NCBI GenBank assembly: GCA_973895155.1
Contig: OZ316897.1
Span: forward strand, 2,049,312 to 2,113,311
Direction of reading: 5' to 3'
Length of the DNA: 64,000 bases
Source: Marsupella aquatica
Taxonomy: Eukaryota > Plantae > Marchantiophyta
Part shown: positions 28,397-42,438 of the stretch, in pieces
Layout of the letters: every line of letters begins with the position of its first letter
Position numbering within the stretch: position 1 is the first letter of the stretch
Translations under genes and position numbers: made by a program
The notes under the pieces: generated by a model
What the model was told of the DNA's origin: nothing
Database searches by the model: none
What the model saw: only the letters and a program-made list of their open reading frames with translations

Positions 28397-30905
28397 GATG
28401 GAAATTCAACATGGCTGCTGGGGGTCGCAGCTGTGAAAACCTTTTTGTTCTCTTGGAGGTAACGATAGAGGTCTTTCAGACCGCAATTACAATCACCTGG
28501 GGTGTGGTTTAGATATATGTTGTAGGGGGACACATGATTGTTTTCAAGGTGCTCAGTGGCTGGACTTCACGTCTCGACACACCAATTTCGTTTGAAAGCT
28601 GCTCGTGCAAGGCCACTAAAGAAGTTTGTCTCGTTTCCACAAATTTCCGAAACTAGGGCCTGTGGTCTTGCTTCCTTGTTCATTAATATTTTTTTAAAGT
28701 TGGAAGTTGCTCTTAGGCAATCGTGCTTCGAGCACATCGGACAAAGAATACCAATCAGGCAGTTCCAATTCTTTCCCAGTAGATGCTCCCTTTTCTTCGC
28801 AGGGGATTTGGTGGGGCTGTGGGCACATGCTTTATGACATTTCGAAGTCTAATAAAGTGTTCTGTTAGGCCCACTTGTTGTGAATCGCCTACCCATCTCC
28901 TTTGGCCTTCTCTAGTTGGAAGTTGTCTCTGTCTCTGTAGAGACAGTATACTCGGCGATGACTTGTGTATATAATTTGGACATTATATTTGATGATCTCA
29001 TCAGCCAATTTTGAGTTTTTCGACCAGTGTCATGACTGACTGTTGACGTGGCATTTGATACTCAGCTGCTACCAAAGTACCACTGGCAATGCTGACGTAT
29101 GTCAGAACTGACTCGCGTGATTGCCAGATTGCATCTTCTCAGTGAAAGGTTCTTATAACGAAAATTTCTGAGACTCTTCATAGGTTACCTTCGAAGCTAC
29201 TTGACAGTAATTTTTGGAATCATTTAGAGTCCTCTATTGGTTGGAGATTGCACATGCAGTGTCTTCTCCTGGGAATGCGATGCATTTGTTTACAACAGCA
29301 GACGGGCTTGAGTTCTAGGGTGCGAGAGTTTTCAATGTCTCATGTTTTGGCAGGATGAATCAGTCTCTACCGGAAGGTTGTGCTTTCAACTTTCAGCCGA
29401 ATGGTTTGTGCTCAGTCTTATGTGTAAGAGCCTCTTTCCATTGGCCCCTTGTCACCCACCACCCGTTCCGCTTCTGCAGCGGTACACTTGAGGGGATGAC
29501 CCTCTGTTCTTATTGTGGTCCAAATTCATTCCCAGCATCTGCGAAGATTGCAAAAGGGGGTTGGCATGGTAAATTGAAAGCGATTCTAAGTTAAACTTCG
29601 CACATTATGTAGACCCTGGCTCAGGCAGAGTGCACTGGAAGAATTGGTGGAGAGGCAAGTGTGTACAGATAGTAATAGAAGTCAGCACTAGAGACTTTCC
29701 ACATTGTGGTCTGGTTTTCTCATTTGGAAATACCAAACCTTTCTTCATTTTGCTGGCTACAAACAAACAAGCTTTCTCTTTATCTCAACGAAGACTTTGA
29801 GCAACTTGAACCAAGACTTGTATATATGAGTTTAAAACAGGAGTTGAAGACCACAACGCACAGCTTGTCCTGGAATCTGGAAGCTTCAAGGAGACATTGC
29901 AGAAAGGGACTTGGGAGGGGAAAGCTGGTCATGGTTGGTATATCCAGAACTCATTCATGAGTGTATCAAGAAATAAGCGTACAAAAGGGAGGCCCAAAAG
30001 AGGGGCTCTCCTAGAGCCAGTGACATGACCTAAGAAACCAGTGGAACCAGATGTTGTCGAGGTGACCTAGCCTAAGGAGGAAGTGGAACCAGATACAGAT
30101 GGTCAGGGGAAGAATCTGGCAAGATCCCAGCTTGTCTTGGGGGTGGGGACAAAGTCTGCTGATGAATCAAATGCTAGACAACTTGGAGCAACCTGAATCT
30201 AAAAAACATCTAATGTGGGAGGTGTGAGAGTCACCTCCAAACTCATCCTATAGAACTTACACATAGTCTATTTAGAGCTTCAAACTATTCAAACTTGAGG
30301 GCTACGTAGAACCTACATTGACTAATGTAAGGTCTGTAGGATTTAAAAAGTTCATAGTTGCAAAAGCAGCTTCATGTTTTGGCTGACTCTGTGACTACAT
30401 CCTGAAGATGGTCGATGTCTACTGCAGACGAAGGAATGCAATCCCATTTGGTTGGATGTGTTGAGGATCTATAGTTGGACAGACACTGCAATTGGCACCA
30501 GAAAACTTCCAGGTCACAATGTTGTGACTACTAGCAGGTCAAAACTACTGTACTGAGACGGGTGGGAATGCTCTAGACAACACTTGCGGACAGTGGGTCT
30601 AATATTTGGCAACTTGTGGGGGTAATTTGGTATTTTTCTGGAACTTAGTTTGCACAGTAAAAGTTGGGTGGGGGTGAGGGCACAGGTGGACTTTAGGGTA
30701 TATGTGGGCTCTATAGGCTTTGTTTTTTCTCAGCTTGGTAGTCTTCTTTTGAGGTTTGAGTTTGTTTTTTTGGTACCTCTCCTGCTCTTACTCCTTTGTA
30801 CTGTGTTTGGCCCTTAGTACATTATCTTGAGCAATCCATAGTAGATCTGTAGCAGTGGGTGCTAGTGGGCCTCAAATAGAGCCTTTCCCCCTCGAATACA
30901 TTTTG

Positions 30906-31285
30906 GGTCCATCCAATCTTTGCCAGTCCATCCTGGCTTCATATTCAAAGTAGAGGTCCATCTGGGCTTTAGTTTCTCAATTGTGGGCATCTGAGTCAGT
31001 TTAATTGTTCTCAGCAAGTCCATCTAGGCTTTGCCAGTCCATCCGGGCTTCATAGACAAAGTGGAGGTCCATCCAGGCTCGACTTTCTCAATTGTGTTAT
31101 CCAAGTCAGTTGAAATGCTCCGAGCAAGTCCATCTGGGCTTCATCGACAAAGTGGAGGTCCATCCAAGCTTTAGTTTTCTCAATTGTTTCATGTCTGGCA
31201 ATGGGGAAGTCTGAAAACCTTGGGCTTTAGTTTCTCAATTGTTTGATGTCCATCAGGGTTTTAGTTTCTCAATTGTTTGATGTGG
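30906..31285. repeat. Degenerate ~110-bp tandem array built from GTCCATCYRRGCTT and TTTCTCAATTGT subunits, upstream of ADSL
   Basis: Direct inspection; about 9 GTCCATC subunits and 5 TTTCTCAATTGT subunits. Confidence 0.85.
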
Positions 31286-31515
31286 GGGCAATGGGGAAGA
31301 ATTTAGAAAACTTTCACCAAAATTGATAAACCAGGAAAAAACAAACAAAGTGCAATGAGAGGAAAGAAAAAGAGTTCCAAAGAGGACGAACACCAAACAT
31401 CCAGTGCAATCCAAAAACAAAGGAAGAAGATAAAGGGGAAGGCTGAAAACCTTGGCGACCTTCTTCCGTCACGAGATTAGTCGCAGCAAAAGAGCTCAAT
31501 TCGTGCAATCGAAAC

Positions 31516-35056
<3,541 letters not shown>

Positions 35057-36250
35057 TTGGAGTAAAGAGCAAGATCTCAATTAAAGTAGCACGTCCATCT
35101 GGGCAAATGCCATCCAGCTACGAGTTAACTTTCTAGAAAACAGTGGAGATGATCACAATTGTACATCTACCCTGAATTCACAATTTTGACTTAACAACTA
35201 GTACCAAGAGATTGAAAACCATGGCAGTCGAAGTTTCCTAAGCAGGGTGTAAGGACTCCCCTCAAGATTGTCTTCGCTAAAATCACTTTGTTATAGATAG
35301 TTTGATAACATTTCTGTGTCCTTGAATGACCCCTTGTGTAAAAAGCTTATGGGCAGTCATGAGCAAATAATTTAATAAAATCACTTTACAGCTCAAATTG
35401 GAGAATGATTCCATGGAACTAGAAACACGAGTAGATGGCAAGCTGAGCCTCTCGCATGGACCACAATGTTGGTTTTTTGAAACCCCCATGGACCTCATCT
35501 CCCAAAATTTGAGTTTCATCATAATAACTTGTTCATAGACTCAAAATGTTTTTTTAGTTTTGAGGATATGCTAGAGGAGTAGGTAAGGTACACTTTCATG
35601 AAAGTGATACCGAAATTTTGTCCATTTTGGTTGAATTATTCACATGAAATGGGGAGAGGTAAATTCTGTTAGATTAATTTTTGTTGAGTTAATATGAAAC
35701 ATTAGCCTGAATTTTTGGCCATTTTGGTTGAATTATTCACCATGAAATTGATAGGGGTAAATTGTGTTAGATTAATTTTTTTTTTGTGTTAATATGAAAC
35801 ATTAGCTTTTGTGTTTTTTCATGTCCCCTTCTTTTGCTGCCTTGCAAGTGAAAATTTTAAAAAATATTTAATAATGATCAAATTATAAGCCCAAGACTCC
35901 TATGGACCCACCAAAATGATGTACATGGGAGCAATGTGTCCAACATGGAGGTCCATCCTAGGTTCACTTTTGTCCATGGCCATGATCAAAATTGGGATTT
36001 CGGTCAAATTTGCCTTGCCCTGGTTGGGCTTTGAGATGGGTCACACCAAGCCCCCATAGAACAGTGTAACACTAATTTTTTTAATGGGTGCCGACCATTC
36101 TTGAAGGGTACCAATGCATTTTGTGTCCGAGTTACTGACAATCAATATTTGTGCAAAACCACCGATTTTTTGTTCCTGGCCAGTCACAATTTGCGGGAAC
36201 TGCAGATTTTTGGTAGACTACCTCGGCTGGAGCATTTTGGTCAAGCAACA

Positions 36251-36656
36251 TTTTACTAAGCTGTCCCACAAATTGTCTGCATTTAGGATCCTGTCCCACA
36301 AAGGAATTTATTTGCCACAAAGCCCCCCATTCCGTATATGGGTTAGTATACAGTTAACACTGGGTTCCGAGTGCCATGTGGTGAGGTGTGAGTGGCTGTG
36401 AGTTGACCCGCTTTGACTGTGTGCAAACATTCCCTACTTTGTGAAAGTTGGACCATTTTGGCTCCTCCTGGGCCTCGCTACTTTGTGAGGGGAAGTTCGG
36501 GTTAACCCACAGCCACTCAGGCCCTGCCACATGGCACTCAGAACCCAGTGTTAATTGTATACTAACCCGTATACTGAATGGGGGGCATCTTGGCAAATAA
36601 ATTACTCTGAGGGACAGGATACTAAATTTGGACAGTTATGGGAAAGCTTAGTAAAA
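36251..36656. mobile_element. Foldback/MITE-like element with ~160-bp inverted arms
   Basis: 36251-36410 is the reverse complement of 36498-36656 (e.g. GGGTTAGTATACAGTTAACACTGGGTTCCGAGTGCCATGTGG vs CCACATGGCACTCAGAACCCAGTGTTAATTGTATACTAACCC); end of right arm tandemly duplicated to ~36712; TSD not resolved. Confidence 0.75.
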
Positions 36657-36890
36657 AGCTCTAAGGGACAGGATCCTAAAGTAGGACAGTTATGGGGGGT
36701 TAGTAAAAAGCTGTTTTGAGACAACATTGAATCTTGGTTAGGGATTGAATCTTGGTTAGAAAGATACAGGCAACGATCTATTTCAAGACTAATAAATGTA
36801 CAAGTGTGAGAGCAGCACCCAGCAAGGCCCGATGTACACATCTTGTGCGTCCGTTTCTAAAAACCAGGTACATAAATCCCATAACAAACG

Positions 36891-37445
36891 GTTCGCTACC
36901 CGGGGGACCTTTTCTACCCGTTTGCCCTTGAGGTTTTTGGTGCTCTCCACCCTACCTTTGACCAGTTCTTACGGGCCTGTGCAGTGTTTTGTATTGAGCG
37001 GAGGCCTTTCCCCCCTGTTTCTGTCCTCACCGCCTTTTTTCGACAGCGGGTGTCTGTGGCTCTTCAGCGGGCCCAGGCTTTCACCCTCCTTCGTAGGGCT
37101 GAGGCAGTAGGTTTTAGGGCTTCCCGGCAGGTTCCGTTACGTGACCCTCCTATGCGGTTTACTCCGGAGGTCTACCAGGCTTTTCAGTTCTCCGCTCAGT
37201 AGGGTGTTGGCCTTCTTGGCTCTTTTGTTGGTTCCCATTTTTGGCCCCTGCTTTTTGGTTGTCCGTTGGTTGGGTCCCCTTGGCATGTTTTTCTTGGGGC
37301 CCTTCCTCCTTTTTTCCTTCCCTTCATTGGGTTACTTTGCCACTGGGATCATTTACTCCTTTTTTTAATTCCCTTCATTGGGTTGCTTTGCCCCACTGGG
37401 ATCATGTCTCCCGGTTAGACGTTTTTTTGCCCTTGGGTAATGTGT
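36891..37445 (+). mobile_element. 5'-truncated CRE-type RLE non-LTR retrotransposon (subfamily B)
   Basis: 11-bp TSD CATAACAAACG (36880-36890, 37446-37456); frame from 36891 reads FYPFALEVFGALHPTFDQFLRACA...PPVSVLTAFFRQRVSVALQRAQA, homologous to the C-terminus of 46298-47617; T-rich 3'UTR. Confidence 0.88.
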
Positions 37446-37451
37446 CATAAC

Positions 37452-37546
37452 AAACGCGAAAGGCGTAAGGTGTAAACGCGAAAGGCAGAAGGCGAAAGGT
37501 GTAAACGCGAAGGCGGAAACGCGAAAGGCGGAAACGCGAAAGCGTG
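37452..37546. repeat. AAACGCGAAAGGCG minisatellite
   Basis: About 5-6 imperfect copies. Confidence 0.8.
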
Positions 37547-38166
37547 AATTTTAAGGCATCGTAAGTAATCGATCGTCAGGCTTTGACGATCAATTTATTT
37601 GTGCCTGATGTATATGATATGCAGACGTAATGTCAAGGGTGCTCCAGGGAGCAATACCACTGCACTGTCAGTCTAGCTTGATGTCACCGAAGAAATGAGT
37701 GTGTGCCAACGATATAATCAAATTTCGGACACTGCTCTTGACAAATGTGTGAATTACAATTCGATTACGAGGCCCAAATTGGGGCCAACACTTATCCATG
37801 CAAGGTCTCCCTTTCAAAAGACATTTCTATGCTGTCAACACTGACCTCAAATTAAGTAGCACGACACTGAGTCTCGAAACTCAATCAAAAGCGAATACCT
37901 TAATTTCAGCACACCGAAGTTGTTTATCTAGCAACCGAATAGGCTAGTGTGACGAGGTCTCTTTAGCAGCTCGTCACATTACATCTAAAGAGCTCTACTA
38001 TCCCGGTACTTCAACGGCAAAGGATCAGAGGACCATCTGTCAGTGAGCGGGAAAAGAATCTGGAAGGGCCTGATCTCAAAGCTAATTCACCAACAACAAA
38101 TGCGACTGATACCATGTACCATTTGACCTCTGTGTGGGAGCCGGTTTATATCTACGAGAAACTACT

Positions 38167-38757
38167 CTACGTGAAGCTGTGCGCCCTTTGCAGCCTTTTG
38201 GGAGGTGACATGCATTCGAGTGCCAGCTCATATTGTAACTTGCAAAGCTTGAGCTCCCATTTCAAAGCTTGGTTTTCTCGCTGCATTTCCTTTCGTGTAA
38301 GCTTCAACTCCGCTAAGACCGCAGCTTTTTCGTTTCGAGACCTAGCTGAAGACTCCCGATTCTTTAGCTTTCTTGTCTCGTTCCTATGTCTTCGTTCCTG
38401 TGCGGACTCCGGGGCTTTTCGCTTACTCCTCTCTGGTGGTGCAGCCCTGTTAACACCAAAAAGAACACCATTATTGTGTTCTAATCCTTTCGAGTCTAGA
38501 AGATGATTCTGAGCACAGCCGTTCCCAACCATAGTCCCGATCACAGGAGACGGGACGTTCCAGATAGGAGTACTCCCTACATTCTGAACACAGCCTTTCC
38601 CGAAAAGAGCCCCTAGAGGAGACGGGACGTTCCATGTAGGAGTCACTACAGAAGAAAGGAGAAGTCCATTGTCAAGACTCGCAATGGACTCCTCATATCC
38701 ACTCTTCCAATATTCATCATAGGATTCAATGGATTCACAAAGCAGAAAGTAGTCCAT
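38167..38757 (-). CDS. Intronless bZIP transcription factor, group-A (ABI5/FD)-like, 196 aa
   Basis: Basic region RRHRNETRKLKNRESSARSR (N-x7-R) with Leu at +10, heptads L/M/L and ENxxL, C-terminal LQRAHSFT resembling the group-A RxxS/T 14-3-3 motif; ATG at 38757. Confidence 0.85.
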   Translation of the reverse strand: MDYFLLCESIESYDEYWKSGYEESIASLDNGLLLSSVVTPTWNVPSPLGALFGKGCVQNVGSTPIWNVPSPVIGTMVGNGCAQNHLLDSKGLEHNNGVLFGVNRAAPPERSKRKAPESAQERRHRNETRKLKNRESSARSRNEKAAVLAELKLTRKEMQRENQALKWELKLCKLQYELALECMSPPKRLQRAHSFT

Positions 38758-40109
38758 ACTGATTATCACAACAAGACACTGATCTATATGAAATGAATGT
38801 GTCTCAGTGGTTTCTGGGCATTTATTTATTAGTGAAAACTTGCTGGTATGTCAGTGTACGACAGTGGAAAGATTGCAAAAAAAGACAGCAGCTACAGATT
38901 GGATTAGACTATTGCCTTTCCCCTTTTTGTTCAGGATATTTGTCCTCCATTTTGCGGAGAACGGAGTAGTGGTATATAAGCAACCAGAATCTCTATTTAT
39001 GGCAGGACTGGGAGTTTCCATTGGGGGAGTCCACACCACAACCCATCATCACACTGACGTCATCCCAAATATTTCTGGCTACCTCGTTGTCACTAATAAT
39101 AAGGGGGTTAACTCCGTGCCTGCTCATCACTACTATGGAAACTCTTTGTTTGATTTGGGGACAAAACGCTATTGTACTGCAAGGTACAGAGGATATCAAA
39201 TTGGGTAATGAGGAATATTGAGGATTGGTTGGGACTCAAACCTGGGCTCTATAAAAGGCAAAGTTGTCCAAGATTTTATCCTTTTTCAGATTCTTCTCCT
39301 CTACCGTGAGACGCTCCACAATTTCAGGAAAAATTACTAAAAATGGTCTAACCATGTTTTTGTAATGGCTCGAGACTCTTTAAACTAACTCCCCTCATCG
39401 GTTAGCACACGTTAATAACATACCCATCAGCGTAGTACAGTATATTAAGCATGGAGAACCAAGCCTCACGTATAGTTCTATTTCTGGAGCACCAAATAAA
39501 ATATGCAAGCTATCTTCGGCCTGTCCTTAGCACTAGAGTTTACAGTGGATAAGTGCAGCATGTATTAGTGCATTCCAAGGGTAACTGCAGGTTGGTCATG
39601 TAGTCTCCTAATATTAGAACACTTTTCTGTGTAAATAGACCACAAAAATGCACCGTTTGTAAGTGTAGTTAAACGTCACTAAAAGACAAATACACAAGCG
39701 CATTTCAGTCTATAATGCATTAATAAATTATTGCAAACACATATGGTAGAAGCATTTATTGATAAGTGCAATGGACAACTAGACACGGTAGCTTCATGCA
39801 TTTATCCAGTTGAACTGTGTAGTGTGAGGATTTCAAGTGAGGATTTCAAGTATGAGTCCAATACATATGACCTGACAAGTCACTTGCAGCAGTGCATAAG
39901 TGATGATGCACTTAGACACAGTACACTATACAGCAATTAGCGTGACATGCTACTATTGACAGGTGGGTCATGCGTGTACTAGCTGTCATGGATCATGAAA
40001 TAAATTTCTTGCTAGGATGCACATTTCTGCAGCTTGACATGCACAAGATCTAACGTCCTCACCGCTATTAGATTTAGTGACCATTACTGATCTACTTAAA
40101 TAGTTTGAA

Positions 40110-40560
40110 ATGTGAAATTAGTGTTATACCCTTCAAAGCTATTAGTGTGAGCATCTAATTATTGAGTGATCTAATTAGTGTGAGCGTGAAGTTAGTGTTA
40201 CATCCTTTCAAAACTATTAGTCTTAGTAGCTAATAGTGTGAGTGCCAAATTAGTGTTATAAACAAGGGAAATTAGAGACACTTTACTAATCTAATCAGTG
40301 CAAGTGCATATTAGGGGCACTTTACAAACCTAATTAGTTTGAGTAAAACAGGGGGTAAAACATTAGTGATACAAACAAGAGAAACACACGGCACTTTACA
40401 AATGTAATTAGTGATCTAATGGGTGTGAGTGCAAAATTAGATCACACTTTGATAGCAAAATGAGTGTTACAAACAAGGGAAACTAGGGGCACTATACAAA
40501 TCCAATAAGTGATGTAATTAGTGTTACAAACAAAGGAAAGTAGGTGCACTTTACAAATCG
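40110..40560. repeat. Degenerate tandem repeats (AATTAGTGTTACAAACAAGGGAAA...GCACTTTACAAATC)
   Basis: Motifs recur several times with decay. Confidence 0.7.
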
Positions 40561-42438
40561 AGGAATGGCAGCAGTTTATGTTTTTTCCTCGCATCTCTCC
40601 ATCTCCACGGTAGACTTAATATGGTGTTCAATTGACCAAAGTTCACTTTCCAAAAGTAATGCGAAGATGCCACTCGGTGTGAAAGTTTATCCATTAATTG
40701 TACTGTTTTTGTACTGAAATGGGTCCCAGGCCTTTTGTCTGCAGCTTCAAAAACTGAAACTATATAAATAGTTATTTCCCCGGTTGTGATATATTCAATC
40801 CCGCCATTTTGTACTCAGACATAGTCTGCTTACAAAATGCACTTTTGAAGGGAACTCATTATGACCCTTGGATTTAAGGCTTAAATTTAGATGCCCATGA
40901 GATCTATGAAAGGAAGTCAGAATAGAGAGGATGTCTTAGCTTGAGACGCGGAAAGGCTTCCACCCACACCTAGACTCATGCACTAACATCCATAAAAAAG
41001 ATTATAATCTCAAGATCATTGGAAATTGAGTGTGAGCTGACATTTGGCTATCATGGGTAGGTGGGTCTGATAAGAAAATGGAAATAGACCCCACATTACA
41101 TTTGCACACATGATTGCCACATTCACTTAAAGTAAAAGTATAGAAAGTGAACAATACAAATTAAATTTTGAGTCAAAAAGGGATCATTTACAGGAAAGTG
41201 AGAAAGATTTTAAAGTTTATTGGGAGAGATCAATTTTATTTTTATTTTTTCTATTCTCTCTTAGAAGTAGTTTTTCCAAGTTACAGTAACACCAAATCCT
41301 AATTCTTTTTGTATTAACCTTATTGACCAAGGACACAATGGCCACAACAATGAATTGGTCACATTGATAATTGATACTAACAATGAAATAGTCACAACAA
41401 TGAAAAGGTTGTAATGACAACTGTGCAACACATTGGCAACGGATTTGTATACATATCGTTTTTTAAATCAAACATTATAACAGGCTATCCTGCCTGAGAG
41501 CTTCCCTGCAGTTTACAACAGTGGAAAAGGAAATTCATGGCTCCAACCAGGCTTGTCTTTGTTTCAGTTGTGAGACTTGATGACAATTACCCATCTGCAC
41601 ACACTCATATGTAAATAACCTATGCGAATTGAACTCTAAACTGATTGTACCATGTCTTGTAACTGAGTATGTTGTGCATAATTGCATCGTTGATAATAGT
41701 TCTTTGTAAATCTTCAATGAAAGTTGTGGCCATAATCCATAACCCCCTCACCAACCTGGCATGGGGATTTGCTAATTACCCTGTGTAATTGGTGCGAATC
41801 AAGGGCTGTGGCTGTTACTCTGCGTACTTTTTCCAATGTTTATTCTTTCTTGTGTTATTGAGGTCCTAGGTTCAATTCCTAGCCGGTTGATGCTGCAGCC
41901 TGTACGAGTACCTTACAAGAACCCAAAAAGCTTGAGATATGACCAGGATGACACATGCTTTAACAATGTCTGCGTAAGCTTAATCCCTTCATCCTTCCTA
42001 TCTTGTGGCTGCTCGTATGAAGTGTTGGATCGCATTTGGGAAGTTTTGTATCTGAGCGCACCTCGAGGCAAAGAGATCGTTGAGTCAACAGTTGAGATGA
42101 TAACAATTGGCAATTGGCAATTGTGCAGCTAAGCCGAATATTTTACTTATCCAATATGAAGAGCAAAGGGCGCAAATTGGAATTCAACTCCATAGTGCAA
42201 ATTCGTCATCTGAAAATGCTTCTTAACCATGCTTGTTTAGCCATTGACGGGTATTCACAGTTTTTACTCATTGGTCTCGTGAAGCTCAAAGTAACCTAGA
42301 TCACGAGAGAACGAGTGAACTAAATCGAATATATAATTGCCACTACATACATAAGCCGGCTCTTGGATCTAGAATAACGTAGAACAACTTCAATGAACCC
42401 CTGCCAGAAGATGCTCCACCTTGCCCGTCGCCCGTCTC

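Noticed and set aside
35244-36112. DNA transposon with GG.ACCC.TCAAGA termini
   Set aside because: Terminal match is short and imperfect, and no TSD was found.
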